This document shows, one piece after another, positions 9,631 through 22,945 of a DNA stretch of 64,000 nt; within the stretch, counting starts at the first letter, position 1; the number at the start of each line of letters is the position of its first letter. The DNA lies in NCBI GenBank assembly GCA_963764725.1, contig CAVXTM010000002.1:32001-96000 (forward strand). The letters are read 5' to 3'. The DNA is from an uncultured Gammaproteobacteria bacterium (GTDB lineage Bacteria > Pseudomonadota > Gammaproteobacteria > JACCXJ01). The translations under genes and the position numbers were made by a program. The notes beneath the pieces are model-generated. The model was not told the DNA's origin. It did no database searches and was given only the letters and a program-made list of their open reading frames with translations.

Positions 9631-10778
9631 ACGCTTGCGGGCGCCCGGTTGGAGTCGCCCCTGATCCTTGGCACGCTGAGGAGCTGCGCGGCACGCTCGG
9701 CGAGTGCGTCGGGATCAGAGTCGCCGAGCACCTCGTGGATGGCCGAGTCACTCGGCAGGTGGACCAGGCTGACGCCTTCGCGCTCACCGAATGTGCGCAG
9801 ACTGTCACCGATCGCTCCGCCGACCAGTACGAGGAACGGGCGTACGCCGAGTCCAAGTCCTCCGTTCTCAGCGGCTAACCGCTCCTGCAGGATGTTCGCA
9901 GCCGAGAGCAGGGTGCTTGCCATCGACCAATCCGAGGTTTTGGCGCCGGTCGCACCCCGCTTGACGACCACGGCGAGAACGCGCTCGCCACCGTAGGCGA
10001 GAAAATCGACTTCCTTCAAGAGTGGATCCACATCCGGATCTCCGGTCGTGGGGGAGGTGATAGCCTTGTAACCCGCGGCTTCGAGAAGTTTCCTGACGCT
10101 CTCCTCGGCACGACGGTCTGCGGCGCCAAGCGGCTTCTCTTTTCCGATCTCGGAAAGCGGCAAGCTCGTGTAGAACAGGACTGCGGTCAGAACCGCGGCG
10201 AACGCTGTCCCTCCCGGATCGAGAAGGAATACCGAGACCAGCACGACTCCAATCGCCAGCGCGGCCACCAGCCACAATTTCGCGGGATTCGCCAGCAGGG
10301 CTAGAAACGGCGTGCGGGTCCCCGGGACCGTCGGGTACAGCTTTGCCGCGAGAGCTTTCGCTACTTCGGCGGGGACGGAAAAAAAAGTGACGATCACCAG
10401 GGCCGCGGACGCTCGCCTCCCCCAGACGGACGGATTCCCGATCAGATCGGCGCCAACGATGAGGACGCTACCGCTAGCAATCCAGTAGAACAGTGCATAG
10501 ACGATGAAGCCAGTCAGGCTGATGGCGGTGGCCTGTCCTACCGCACTCCACAGGCCCAGGGCCCACTCTCCCAGAGTGGGCTGAAACGTCGATCTCGACT
10601 CGATTTTCCTGATGCCAACGAAGCCGCCGATCGCTGCCGCAGCCGCCACGAGCGGAAGCCATCTCCATTCGTCGATCAGCAGCAGAAAAGGAAGTAGGCC
10701 GAATACGAAGCCGAACGCCGTGGCAAGCACCAGCGCGGGCTTGTTCGGGGCGAACGTCTCGGGAACAGAGGGGATCAT
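9627..10778 (-). CDS. Multi-pass membrane protein with C-terminal PD-(D/E)XK-like domain
   Basis: About 6 hydrophobic helices, then AEESVRKLLEAAGY...EVDFLAY.GERVLAVVVK, resembling an Mrr-type restriction-endonuclease core; start uncertain (ATG 10778 or upstream). Confidence 0.6.
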   Translation of the reverse strand: MIPSVPETFAPNKPALVLATAFGFVFGLLPFLLLIDEWRWLPLVAAAAAIGGFVGIRKIESRSTFQPTLGEWALGLWSAVGQATAISLTGFIVYALFYWIASGSVLIVGADLIGNPSVWGRRASAALVIVTFFSVPAEVAKALAAKLYPTVPGTRTPFLALLANPAKLWLVAALAIGVVLVSVFLLDPGGTAFAAVLTAVLFYTSLPLSEIGKEKPLGAADRRAEESVRKLLEAAGYKAITSPTTGDPDVDPLLKEVDFLAYGGERVLAVVVKRGATGAKTSDWSMASTLLSAANILQERLAAENGGLGLGVRPFLVLVGGAIGDSLRTFGEREGVSLVHLPSDSAIHEVLGDSDPDALAERAAQLLSVPRIRGDSNRAPASV

Positions 10779-10971
10779 GCCTTGAACCTTGCGCCTTGTC
10801 AGAGGCGACCGGCGCATCATACGTCCATCGCGTGCCCGATCACAGCCTCCGACCGTCGGACCCGCCATGGGCTACCCCGAATTGCTCAAAATTGCGCGAT
10901 CATCCAGCTCGGTGCGGGAAGGATATCGGATCGCATGGGCGGCTCACCTTGTGCGTCAAACCATACACGCG

Positions 10972-11370
10972 TTACACCCGGTCCAAGCTCATGCGGCCCG
11001 GGCCGTTAAACACTACGTAGAGCATACCACCCATAATTGCCAGGTTTTTCTGGAACTGGATAAGCTGCATCTTCACTTGCTCGGGGTCTACCGCCCAGAA
11101 GTCGTGAAAGATCAGGGTGGCTGGGATCAGGAACAGGACAATAGCAAGCGCCGCCCAGCGAGCTTTGTAGCCGAGGGCGAGTAGCAGGCCACCGCCCAAC
11201 TCGATGAGGATAGCGATAATCAGCGACACCTCCACCATCGGTATGCCCTTGCCGGCCATGGAGGCCGCAGTGTCCGCAAATCCGGTGATCTTGCTTAAGC
11301 CCGAGCTAATGAAGATGAGGGCCAGTAGGACGCGGCCCACGAGGAGGCCAAGTGGCTGTACGGTGTTCAT
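10972..11370 (-). CDS. DoxX family membrane protein
   Basis: GRVLLALIFISSG..KI, ELGGGLLL.LG, FH.FW, KNLAIMGG.L....GPG..SLD. Confidence 0.92.
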   Translation of the reverse strand: MNTVQPLGLLVGRVLLALIFISSGLSKITGFADTAASMAGKGIPMVEVSLIIAILIELGGGLLLALGYKARWAALAIVLFLIPATLIFHDFWAVDPEQVKMQLIQFQKNLAIMGGMLYVVFNGPGRMSLDRV

Positions 11371-11585
11371 GCTCTATGCTCCTTACAAGTGGTTGGGATC
11401 GAGCGTGTCGATCGTGTTTCTCCAGGCGTGGGCTAGCCGCCTTGTACATCACGCGCGGCGCCTGCCGCAATCTAATGTCCGCCGAATTGTACCTCCCTTT
11501 GAGAGCAACCTCACCGATATCCGGCCCGCCACGTGTATTTTATTGACTGAGCGGCGGTACAATAACCCTAGCTACGGCAGGGGAC

Positions 11586-12413
11586 ATGGGGAAAGTAATC
11601 GCGATCACCAACCAGAAGGGAGGCGTGGGTAAGACCACGACCAGCGTCAATCTCGCCGCCTCGCTGGCCGCGACCAAGCGGCGTGTCCTGCTCGTGGACC
11701 TGGACCCGCAAGGGAACGCCACCATGGGAAGCGGGATCGATAAGCGCTCCCTGTCCACTTCCGCCTACGATGTCCTCACCGGTGAGGTTTCGATCGCGGG
11801 CTCCGCCATCCCGGCGGCCGCGGGGGGCTACGATCTGGTGCCCGCCAACAGCGACCTTACCGGGGCCGAGGTGCAATTACTCTCGTTGGACAGCCGCGAG
11901 TCCTGCCTGCGCGCGGCGCTGGCGCCGGTCGGGGAGAGCTATGACTATATTTTTATCGACTGTCCGCCGGCGCTCAACATGCTTACCGTGAACGCATTGG
12001 TGGCGGCGGACTCGGTCATCATTCCCATGCAATGCGAGTACTACGCGCTGGAAGGGTTGACCGCGCTTCTCGCCACCATTGCTACGATCAAGAACCGTTT
12101 GAATCCCGCGCTCGGCGTCGAGGGGCTGTTGCGCACCATGTTCGATCCCAGGAATACCCTCGCAAACGATGTCTCGGCGCAGTTGCTGAACCATTTCGGG
12201 ACCCAGGTCTATCGCACGACCATCCCGCGCAACGTGCGCTTGGCCGAAGCCCCGAGCTACGGGTTGCCGGCCTTGCAGTACGACAAGACCTCGAGCGGGG
12301 CGATCGCTTATCTCGCCTTGGCGGGGGAGATCCTGCGCCGCCACGCGCTCCCCGCGGCCCCGGGCTTGCCGGCGCAAACCGTAGCAGACGGAGCCATGCA
12401 CAATGAGCATTAA
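11586..12413 (+). CDS. parA: Chromosome partitioning ATPase ParA/Soj
   Basis: [45 protein letters not shown]. Confidence 0.97.
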   Translation: MGKVIAITNQKGGVGKTTTSVNLAASLAATKRRVLLVDLDPQGNATMGSGIDKRSLSTSAYDVLTGEVSIAGSAIPAAAGGYDLVPANSDLTGAEVQLLSLDSRESCLRAALAPVGESYDYIFIDCPPALNMLTVNALVAADSVIIPMQCEYYALEGLTALLATIATIKNRLNPALGVEGLLRTMFDPRNTLANDVSAQLLNHFGTQVYRTTIPRNVRLAEAPSYGLPALQYDKTSSGAIAYLALAGEILRRHALPAAPGLPAQTVADGAMHNEH

Positions 12414-13257
12414 GAAACGGGGACTGGGGAGAGGTCTGGAGGCCTTGCTGGGGGTGGACGCCGCGCCCGGCCTTGCCCCCGCTGGAGAAGTCCGCACCCT
12501 CCCGATCGAACTGATCCAAAAAGGCCGCTATCAACCCCGGCTCGACCTCCGTCCTGAAGCGCTCGAAGACCTGGCCCATTCGATCCGCGCCCAGGGGGTA
12601 GTACAGCCCATCGTAGTCCGGCCGCTCGGCGGCGGTCAGCGTTACGAGCTCATCGCCGGGGAACGGCGCTGGCGCGCCTCCCAGCTCGCGGGTCTGCACG
12701 AGATCCCGGCGATCGTGCGCGATGTCACCGACGGGGTCGCGCTCAGCATCGCGCTCATCGAAAATATACAGCGCGAGGATCTCAATCCCTTGGAAGAAGC
12801 GACGGCGTTTTCGCGCCTGGTGAACGAATTCAGCATGACCCACCAAGAGGTGGCGGATGCCGTCGGCCGATCGCGCGCCGCCGTGAGCAACATGTTGCGG
12901 CTTTTGGAGCTGCAAGAGGAGGTTAAGCGCAAGCTCGAGGCCGGGGATCTCGAGATGGGTCATGGCCGCGCCCTGTTAGCGCTGGAGGGGCGGGCACAGA
13001 TCGAAGCGGCGCAACGGGTCGTTGCCCAGCGTCTGTCCGTGCGGGAATCGGAGCGCTTGGTGCGCCGGCTCCAGGAGGCAAAGCCAGCGGACAAGCGGCC
13101 GCCGAAGGACCCCAATATCGCGGCCTTGGAGCAACAGATCTCGGAGCGCTTGGGCGCCAAGACCAGCGTACGCCATGATGGGCACGGCCGCGGCAGCGTG
13201 GTGATCTATTACACCTCGCTCGATGAGCTTGACGGGATCCTGAACCATATCAAATGA
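12403..13257 (+). CDS. parB: Chromosome partitioning protein ParB
   Basis: [31 protein letters not shown]. Confidence 0.97.
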   Translation: MSIKKRGLGRGLEALLGVDAAPGLAPAGEVRTLPIELIQKGRYQPRLDLRPEALEDLAHSIRAQGVVQPIVVRPLGGGQRYELIAGERRWRASQLAGLHEIPAIVRDVTDGVALSIALIENIQREDLNPLEEATAFSRLVNEFSMTHQEVADAVGRSRAAVSNMLRLLELQEEVKRKLEAGDLEMGHGRALLALEGRAQIEAAQRVVAQRLSVRESERLVRRLQEAKPADKRPPKDPNIAALEQQISERLGAKTSVRHDGHGRGSVVIYYTSLDELDGILNHIK

Positions 13258-13318
13258 GGTTACTGCGGAGAATAAGGTCCAAGCCGGCGCGAGCAGCGCA
13301 TCGGTGGACCAGGCCCCG

Positions 13319-13348
13319 TTGACGCTGTCCTTGTTTTTGCATTAGCAT
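13319..13348 (+). promoter_or_regulatory. Putative sigma70 promoter of the atp operon
   Basis: TTGACG-18 nt-TAGCAT upstream of atpI. Confidence 0.45.
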
Positions 13349-13375
13349 GCCGCGCTTGTCCTGATTGGGGGTCGC

Positions 13376-14505
<1,130 letters not shown>

Positions 14506-14537
14506 CATTTATTCCCCGCGGCGTTGCTGCGGGGACC

Positions 14538-14626
14538 TTAGCAATGGGGTTTCCAAAGGGGAGAGGCGCAGCTCTCCCCGTTGGTCAAGGGCGAGGTTCA
14601 TACCCCGCCCGCGAAGTATATTGATT
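14538..14626 (+). repeat. Dispersed ~90-bp two-hairpin element, copy 1
   Basis: TAGC..TGGGGTTTCCAAAGGGGAG...CTCCCC.TTGGTC...GCGAA...TTGA shared with 38358 and 39674. Confidence 0.85.
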
Positions 14627-14628
14627 AA

Positions 14629-14937
<309 letters not shown>

Positions 14938-14980
14938 AGCACGCGCCTAGGCGCAAAATCGAAAGTTAAGGAGCTCGACC

Positions 14981-15451
14981 GTGGATATCAACGCCACCTT
15001 GTTTGGCCAGGCGATTACCTTCGCGATCCTGGTCTGGTTCACCATGCGTTTCGTGTGGCCGCCCTTGATGGGGGCGATGGAGGAGCGCGCGAAGCGCATC
15101 GCCGACGGTCTCGCTGCCGCGGACAAAGGCCGGCACGATCTGGAGTTAGCCGAAACGCGCGCCAAGACCATCTTGCGCGAGGGCAAGCAGCAAGCCCAGG
15201 AAAACATCATCCACGCTCAGAAACGCGCCGATGAGATCATCGAAGAGGCGAAGGCGAACGCGCGCACCGAGGGCGAACGCATCGTCGCCGCCGCCCGGGC
15301 TCAAATCACGCAAGAGACCCAACAAGCCAAGGAGCAATTGCAAAGGGAAGTAGCCAGGCTCGCGCTGGTGGGCGCGGAGCAGGTCTTGATGCGCGAGGTC
15401 GATGCCAACGCGCATCGGGACGTTCTGGATAAGCTCGCGGCCCGCCTGTAA
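14981..15451 (+). CDS. atpF: F0 subunit b
   Basis: INATLFGQAI.F..LVWF.M.FVWPPL...ER...IADGL. Confidence 0.97.
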   Translation: MDINATLFGQAITFAILVWFTMRFVWPPLMGAMEERAKRIADGLAAADKGRHDLELAETRAKTILREGKQQAQENIIHAQKRADEIIEEAKANARTEGERIVAAARAQITQETQQAKEQLQREVARLALVGAEQVLMREVDANAHRDVLDKLAARL

Positions 15452-15455
15452 AGCG

Positions 15456-15989
15456 ATGCAAGAGACAGCAACCCTGGCGCGCCCCTATGCGCAAGCGGTG
15501 TTTGAACGCGCCCGGGAGGGCGGTCAATGGGACGAATGGTCCGGCGCCTTGGTGTTTCTACGGTTGTTGATGCAGGATCCGATGATGCACAAGATCGCCC
15601 TCGATCCGCGCATCGAGCGGCCCAAGATAGAGCGGCTGATCTTCGATCTCGCCGGGGATACCCTGACGCCCGAAGTTCGCAATCTCATCCGCGTGCTTCT
15701 CGACGCCGGGCGCTTGCAGATCCTGCCCGAGATCGCGCGGCTTTTCGAGGAGCTGCGCGCCGAGGCCCAGGGGAGCGTCGATGTCGAGGTCATATCCGCT
15801 TTCGATTTGAGTGCCGAGCAAGAGCAAGTGATCGCCGCGGCCGTGAAACGGCGCGTCGGCAAGGACCTCAAGGTGACAACGCGCATCGATCGGGGCTTGA
15901 TCGGGGGTGCGATCGTACGCGTCGGGGATCTCGTGATCGACGCTTCTTTGCGGGGACGCTTACAGCAATTGAGCACGCGGTTTAATTAA
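15456..15989 (+). CDS. atpH: F1 subunit delta
   Basis: TLARPYAQAVF, LIGGAIVRVGDLVIDAS. Confidence 0.96.
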   Translation: MQETATLARPYAQAVFERAREGGQWDEWSGALVFLRLLMQDPMMHKIALDPRIERPKIERLIFDLAGDTLTPEVRNLIRVLLDAGRLQILPEIARLFEELRAEAQGSVDVEVISAFDLSAEQEQVIAAAVKRRVGKDLKVTTRIDRGLIGGAIVRVGDLVIDASLRGRLQQLSTRFN

Positions 15990-16048
15990 TCAAGACTATT
16001 TCGCCTGCACGGCCTGCGCCCGCAGAGGGAATAAAGTGAGACTTTAAA

Positions 16049-17590
16049 ATGCCAATCAGCGCAATCGAGATCAGCGATCTCATAAAAAAGAAGATCCAGG
16101 AATATGATCTCCCGACCGAGGCTCGCACCGAAGGCACGGTGGTGAGCCTCACGGACGGCATTGCCCGCATTCACGGACTGAGCGATGTGATGCAGGGCGA
16201 GATGATCGAGTTTCCCGGAAGCGTGTACGGCCTCGCGCTCAATCTCGAGCGGGATTCCGTGGGCGCCGTCATTATGGGCGGCTATGAGCACCTCACGGAG
16301 GGTGATGTCGTACGCTGCACCAAGCGCATCTTGGAAGTCCCGGTCGGGCCGGCTTTGCTCGGTCGCGTCGTCGATTCCCTCGGGAGCCCGATCGACGGCA
16401 AAGGACCGATCGCGGCGCAGGAATCCTCACCGATCGAGAAGATTGCGCCCGGCGTCATCACCCGGCAATCGGTCAGCCAACCGGTGCAGACGGGACTGAA
16501 ATCTATCGACTCGATGGTGCCCATCGGCCGCGGCCAGCGCGAGCTCATCATCGGCGACCGCCAGACCGGCAAGACAGCGCTTGCCATCGATACCATCATC
16601 AATCAGCGCGGCACCGGGGTGAAGTGCATTTACGTGGCGATCGGTCAAAAGGCCTCGTCCATCATTACCGTCGTGCGTAAACTCCAAGAGCACGGGGCAC
16701 TGGAACATACTATCGTGGTCGCGGCGAGCGCCTCGGAGTCGGCGGCGATGCAATACATCGCCCCCTACTCGGGTTGCGCCATGGGAGAGTACTTCCGCGA
16801 TCGCGGTGAAGACGCCTTGATCATTTACGATGATCTCACCAAGCAAGCGTGGGCGTATCGGCAAGTCTCCCTGTTGTTGCGGCGGCCGCCCGGTCGTGAG
16901 GCCTATCCCGGGGATATCTTCTACCTTCATTCGCGCCTGCTGGAACGGGCCTCGCGCCTGAACGCCGCCGAGGTCGAGAAGCGTACCGGCGGCCGGGTGA
17001 AGGGCAGGACCGGTTCGCTCACGGCCTTGCCGATCATCGAGACCCAAGCCGGCGACGTGTCCGCCTTCGTGCCGACCAACGTGATCTCGATCACCGATGG
17101 GCAAATCTATTTGGAGACCGACCTCTTCAACGCGGGCATACGCCCGGCCATCAACGCGGGGCTTTCCGTGTCGCGCGTCGGCGGTGCGGCGCAAACCAAA
17201 ATCGTTAAGAAACTAGGTGGCGGTATTCGCCTGGCGCTGGCCCAGTTTCGCGAGCTCGCGGCCTTCGCTCAATTCGCCTCCGATCTCGACGAGGCGACCC
17301 GCAAACAGATCGAGCGCGGGCGGCGCGTGACGGAATTGATGAAGCAAAAACAGTATTCGCCGCTCACGGTCGCGGAGATGGCGGCGAGCCTCTATGCCGC
17401 CGATCGGGGCTATCTCGATGACGTCCCGCTCGAACAAGTGGGACCCTTCGAGGCGGCTTTGCATAGTTTCGTGAATAGCGAGCGCGCGGATTTAATGCAA
17501 CGCATAAACGAGACCGGCGATTTCAACGATGATATCGAGGCGGGCTTGAAAGCCGCCTTGGATGATTTCAAAGCGAACCATGCGTGGTGA
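16049..17590 (+). CDS. atpA: F1 subunit alpha
   Basis: [31 protein letters not shown]. Confidence 0.99.
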   Translation: MPISAIEISDLIKKKIQEYDLPTEARTEGTVVSLTDGIARIHGLSDVMQGEMIEFPGSVYGLALNLERDSVGAVIMGGYEHLTEGDVVRCTKRILEVPVGPALLGRVVDSLGSPIDGKGPIAAQESSPIEKIAPGVITRQSVSQPVQTGLKSIDSMVPIGRGQRELIIGDRQTGKTALAIDTIINQRGTGVKCIYVAIGQKASSIITVVRKLQEHGALEHTIVVAASASESAAMQYIAPYSGCAMGEYFRDRGEDALIIYDDLTKQAWAYRQVSLLLRRPPGREAYPGDIFYLHSRLLERASRLNAAEVEKRTGGRVKGRTGSLTALPIIETQAGDVSAFVPTNVISITDGQIYLETDLFNAGIRPAINAGLSVSRVGGAAQTKIVKKLGGGIRLALAQFRELAAFAQFASDLDEATRKQIERGRRVTELMKQKQYSPLTVAEMAASLYAADRGYLDDVPLEQVGPFEAALHSFVNSERADLMQRINETGDFNDDIEAGLKAALDDFKANHAW

Positions 17591-17609
17591 GCGCGCTTAG
17601 GGCATAGCG

Positions 17610-18470
17610 ATGGCGGCCGGAAAAGAAATCCGCACTAAGATCAAGAGCGTTCAAAGCACGCAGAAGATCACCCGCGCCATGGAAATGGTCGCGGCCAGTA
17701 AGATGCGTAAAGCGCAAGAGCGGATGCGCACCGCCCGCCCCTATGCGGACAAGATCCGCAAGGTGGTCGCGCACCTCGCGCACGCGCATAGCGAATATCA
17801 CCATCCCTACATGATCGCGCGCGAACCGCGGCGCGTGGGCATGATCGTGGTGTCCACCGATCGAGGTCTCTGCGGCGGGCTCAACGCGAATATGTTTCGC
17901 GCCACCTTATTGCAGACGAAGGAATGGGACGCCCAAGGGATTGGTCTCGAGGTGTGTACGATCGGCGCCAAGGCAGCCGGTTTTTTCGCCCGGGTGGGCG
18001 GCGCCATAGCCGCGCAGGCGAGCCATCTGGGTGATGCCCCGCGCCTCGAAAGACTGATCGGTACCGTGAAGGTCATGCTCGACGGGTATAACGAGGAGCG
18101 TATCGATCGGCTGTACTTGGTCTATAACCGCTTCGTGAATTCGATGACGCAGCATCCACAGATCGAAACGCTGCTGCCGCTTCAGGCCGATCCGGGCGTG
18201 GAACTTAAACACCACTGGGATTACCTGTATGAGCCCGAAGCCAAGGAAGTATTGGACCACCTGCTGCAGCGTTACGTGGAGTCCCTGGTGTATCAAGGCG
18301 TGGTCGAGAACATCGCCTGCGAACAGGCCGCCCGGATGGTGGCGATGAAGAGCGCTTCGGATAACGCCGGTAAGCTCATCGACGAATTGCGGCTGGTGTA
18401 TAACAAGGCCCGACAGGCATCCATTACCCAAGAGCTGGCGGAGATCGTGGGCGGCGCCGCGGCGGTTTGA
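17610..18470 (+). CDS. atpG: F1 subunit gamma
   Basis: [37 protein letters not shown]. Confidence 0.99.
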   Translation: MAAGKEIRTKIKSVQSTQKITRAMEMVAASKMRKAQERMRTARPYADKIRKVVAHLAHAHSEYHHPYMIAREPRRVGMIVVSTDRGLCGGLNANMFRATLLQTKEWDAQGIGLEVCTIGAKAAGFFARVGGAIAAQASHLGDAPRLERLIGTVKVMLDGYNEERIDRLYLVYNRFVNSMTQHPQIETLLPLQADPGVELKHHWDYLYEPEAKEVLDHLLQRYVESLVYQGVVENIACEQAARMVAMKSASDNAGKLIDELRLVYNKARQASITQELAEIVGGAAAV

Positions 18471-18545
18471 TAGTCAATTTGATTTCGCCACGGGGTATAG
18501 ATTTTTATCGCCTAAATGTCGAGAAGACTACTACGGAAAACGAAA

Positions 18546-20075
<1,530 letters not shown>

Positions 20076-20087
20076 CCGACTGCGCCC

Positions 20088-20516
20088 ATGGCGATGACCA
20101 TCCATGTCGATATCGTGAGCGCCGAGGCCGAGATTTACTCCGGGCAGGCGGAGATGGTGTTCGCGCCGGCGCTGATGGGGGAGGTGGGGATCGCGCCAGG
20201 GCATACGCCTATGTTGACGCGCCTCAAGCCAGGCGAAGTGAGGCTCAAGCTTTCCGACGGCAGTGAAGAAGCCTTTTACGTTTCGGGCGGGGTGCTCGAG
20301 GTGCAGCCGCGCATGGTGACGGTGCTTTCCGATACCGCCGTGCGCGCCCACGATATCGACGAAGCAGCGGCGCTGGAAGCGAAGGAGCACGCCGAGCAGA
20401 TGCTCACTGATAGGAGCGCCCAGATCGACTACGCCAAAGCCTTGGCCGAGTACGCCGAGGCCGCCGCCCAGCTTCAGGCGATCCAACGCTTGCGGCAACG
20501 CGGCGGGCGCGGCTAG
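20088..20516 (+). CDS. atpC: F1 subunit epsilon
   Basis: [31 protein letters not shown]. Confidence 0.98.
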   Translation: MAMTIHVDIVSAEAEIYSGQAEMVFAPALMGEVGIAPGHTPMLTRLKPGEVRLKLSDGSEEAFYVSGGVLEVQPRMVTVLSDTAVRAHDIDEAAALEAKEHAEQMLTDRSAQIDYAKALAEYAEAAAQLQAIQRLRQRGGRG

Positions 20517-20624
20517 CCGCCCCTCCGGCCCGGCGGTCCCGGAGGATCACGGGCTTGCTCGCCCCGAAAACAGGGGGCCAGATCCTTCAATAGAGTTATT
20601 GGACTCTAGCGTCGTCGCGAGCCG

Positions 20625-21012
20625 CTACCACACCACAGGTACGCGATAGCGTTTAAAGATGGGGTCGGAGGTCACCACTGTGAAGCCTTCAAGCCGTGCC
20701 TGCGCGATCAGCATGCGGTCGAAGGGATCCTTGTGCGGTCCGGGTAAGCGACCCGCCGCGAGCGCATGGGGCAGGGAGATCGCCACCGGCTTGAAACCTT
20801 CGCGGCGGAGGTGCTCATCCAGTCCGTTCGACAAACGCTGCGGCCACGGATAACTTGCCGAGACGATATTTGGTGGCGATCTCGAAGCCGCTCGCGCTGC
20901 TGACGAAGGCCTCGTTTTCCGGGTCCGCGACCACTTCGTGGGCATCTGCGGAGAGCATGGGGAGACTTCCCAGCCACCAGATCAGCACGTGGGTGTCCAG
21001 TAAGAGGTTCAC
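20625..21012 (-). pseudogene. VapC/PIN toxin with a +1 frameshift near 20823 (pseudogene or sequencing error)
   Basis: LLLDTHVLIWW...SSAS.FEIATK in one frame; LDEHL...HKDPFDRMLIAQA...VVTSD in another; removing one base restores VERLDE. Confidence 0.8.
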
Positions 21013-21266
21013 TTTTGGCGCAACGGATCATGCTTGTATCCATCTTCCATCACCTCCAGAACGTCATCTGGCAATGGGTCGAAGAAGGCGTCGGACCACT
21101 GGATAAGCCCTTTCAGGCGTCCGGGTTCGCGCTTCGGCTTCTCGATCGGGACCAACTTGGCGATGGGCTTTCCGGACTTGGCTATGATGATCTCCTCGCC
21201 CGCGGCAGCGGCCTCCAGTAGGCGCGAGAGGTTGGTCTTGGCTTCGTGCACGTTGACAATGGTCAT
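21009..21266 (-). CDS. Phd/YefM (prevent-host-death) antitoxin
   Basis: VNVHEAKTNLSRLL..A.AGEEIIIAK.GKPIAKLVP...F.DPLP. Confidence 0.92.
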   Translation of the reverse strand: MTIVNVHEAKTNLSRLLEAAAAGEEIIIAKSGKPIAKLVPIEKPKREPGRLKGLIQWSDAFFDPLPDDVLEVMEDGYKHDPLRQK

Positions 21267-21341
21267 GGTAGGTATCCATGCTGACTTAGCTAAGCAAGTT
21301 AGCTTAGTCTCGTGGGTGAGTCAAGCGATGAGGTACCGCGC

Positions 21342-21425
21342 ATGAGGATGGTTCTGAGTGTTGGTCCACCGCTACGCTGGGCTCGCGATGGCGTTCTTTT
21401 TGGTGGTGACTGGGCTTAGCGGCAA
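21342..21425 (+). pseudogene. Remnant of the N-terminus of a PepSY-associated TM-helix protein
   Basis: F*VLVHRYAGLAMAFFLVVTGLSG; TGA where W is expected, then similarity ends. Confidence 0.6.
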
Positions 21426-21510
21426 GAAGATCGGCAATCGACGCTGGTGGCGTGACACCACGGCGGTTGATGCATATACTTACAACCATATCATATGCAT
21501 CGGAGCCCGC

Positions 21511-21714
21511 ATGAGAACCACCCTCAACATCGATGACGAGCTTCTTCTCGAAGCCCAAAAAATAACGCGCATCAAGGAAAAAACGGCAGTCGTGCATGCT
21601 GGCCTCAAGGCGCTCATCGAGCGCGAAGCCGCCCGCCGCCTGGCCGAAGGCGGCGGCAGCGATCCGACCGCCACCGCCGGCCCGCGACGCCGCAGCGCAC
21701 CGCCCCCTGAATGA
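21511..21714 (+). CDS. VapB family antitoxin
   Basis: MRTTLNIDDELL.EA...T.IKEKTAVV..GLKALIEREAARRLA..GGS. Confidence 0.9.
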   Translation: MRTTLNIDDELLLEAQKITRIKEKTAVVHAGLKALIEREAARRLAEGGGSDPTATAGPRRRSAPPPE

Positions 21715-22079
21715 TCCTGGCCGACAGCTCGGTCTGGATCGACCATCTGCGCAAGAGCGATCCGCAACTGGCGGACTTGCTCTTGCGCGAGCAGATCGTC
21801 ATACACACCATGGTCTTAGCCGAACTGGCCTGCGGCAGCCTGGAGGACCGCGAACGCGTATTGCTGCTCTGGCGCCGGCTGCCCCGGCTGGGCGCGGTGA
21901 GCGACGCGACCGCCATGCAGTTTCTGGAACGCCATAGGCTGATGAGCCGTGGCATCGGCTACGTGGACGTGCACCTGCTGGCGGCCGTTACGGAGCGGCA
22001 GGGCGCGCGTCTTTGGACTAAAGACAGGCGGCTTGCCGACATAGCACAGGAATTGGGATTGGGCTTCCCGCCTCCGTGA
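21711..22079 (+). CDS. VapC PIN-domain toxin
   Basis: ILADSSVWIDHLR, ELACG, GIGYVDVHLLAA, LWTKDRRL; ATGA-coupled to vapB. Confidence 0.92.
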   Translation: MILADSSVWIDHLRKSDPQLADLLLREQIVIHTMVLAELACGSLEDRERVLLLWRRLPRLGAVSDATAMQFLERHRLMSRGIGYVDVHLLAAVTERQGARLWTKDRRLADIAQELGLGFPPP

Positions 22080-22230
22080 TCGCGCGGTTCACCGTGCCGC
22101 AATGCACAGCGAAATGTCGTGCGATGCCGACGAACGAATACTGCCCGGACGGGTGCGTGGCTATCATGGCGCCACGCGGGTCAGAGTAAGCGTTGGCATA
22201 CGCCGGGAGCTGTTTGACGGGGGCGTCAAC
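22075..22230 (-). pseudogene. Degraded C-terminal HTH of a REP-associated tyrosine transposase (RAYT)-like protein
   Basis: LPAYA..Y.DPRGAM.A...SGQYS...IARHFAVHCGTV.RAI resembles the RAYT C-terminal tail; no Y1 domain upstream. Confidence 0.45.
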
Positions 22231-22325
22231 GCAGAATCTGGCTCGTTCTGCTGCGCAACAGCAGCCTGAGCCAACCGCCGACACCGGGCACCCACAATCC
22301 GAAACCTAATACGGAGGAGCAGAAC

Positions 22326-22559
22326 ATGAAAACATGGCGCGATTACATCACCAGTGACCCGAACGTGTGCCACGGGCAGATCTGTGCCAAGGGCACCCGG
22401 GTCATGGTCACCAATATCCTCGACAGCCTTGCGGAGGGTAGCGGTACGGAGGAAATCCTGAGGAGCTACCCATCTCTAAAGCCGGAGCATATTGAGGCCT
22501 TGGCCTACGCCGCCGATCTTGCGCGTGAGGAAAGCCTGCTGCCGGTATCGGGTCTGTGA
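22326..22559 (+). CDS. DUF433 family antitoxin-like protein
   Basis: ITSDPNVCHG..CAKGTRV.V..ILDSLAEG....EIL.SYP.L..EHI.ALAYAA. Confidence 0.9.
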   Translation: MKTWRDYITSDPNVCHGQICAKGTRVMVTNILDSLAEGSGTEEILRSYPSLKPEHIEALAYAADLAREESLLPVSGL

Positions 22560-22819
22560 AATTCAAGATTGACGAGAACCTGCCGGCGAAAATCGCGGAT
22601 GACCTGCGGGCGCTCGGTCATGAAGCAATGACGGTGGTCGATCAGGGCATGACGGGATTCGACGATGCGCGATTGATGGTGCGCGTGCAGGACGAGTCCC
22701 GTGACTGCTGGGGCTTCATGTCCAGGGGCGCCTGGCCGTGGTCAGCGACACGGCAATCCGGATCCGTTGAGAAGCGCCATGAGCGTGCATGTGACTCAGC
22801 ACCTCGGGACGGTCATTGA
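22556..22819 (+). pseudogene. DUF5615 (PIN-like) toxin, truncated or internally deleted
   Basis: KFKIDENLP......LRALGH.A.TV.DQG..G.DD, then the expected LxTxDxDF continuation is absent. Confidence 0.7.
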
Positions 22820-22919
22820 GACTCTTGCTTGCGCGTTGGCAGGCGCGGCCCGGTACAACCTCAACGATGTGGTTCAACCGGCAGTCGCGCTATGGACCGA
22901 CCACGATGCGCAATGTTAG
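22779..22919 (+). pseudogene. N-terminal fragment of a BREX PglZ (type B-like) protein
   Basis: TVIETLACALAGAARYN.NDVVQPAVALWTDHDAQ matches my recollection of PglZ-B N-termini (A..FN....V.PA..LW.D.D.QW); stops after 46 aa. Confidence 0.6.
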
Positions 22920-22945
22920 AACATCCCCGGGCATAGCACGCCTTG

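Noticed and set aside
11370-13375. parS site or oriC DnaA-box cluster near parAB
   Set aside because: No TGTTNCACGTGAAACA-like palindrome or TTATCCACA cluster seen
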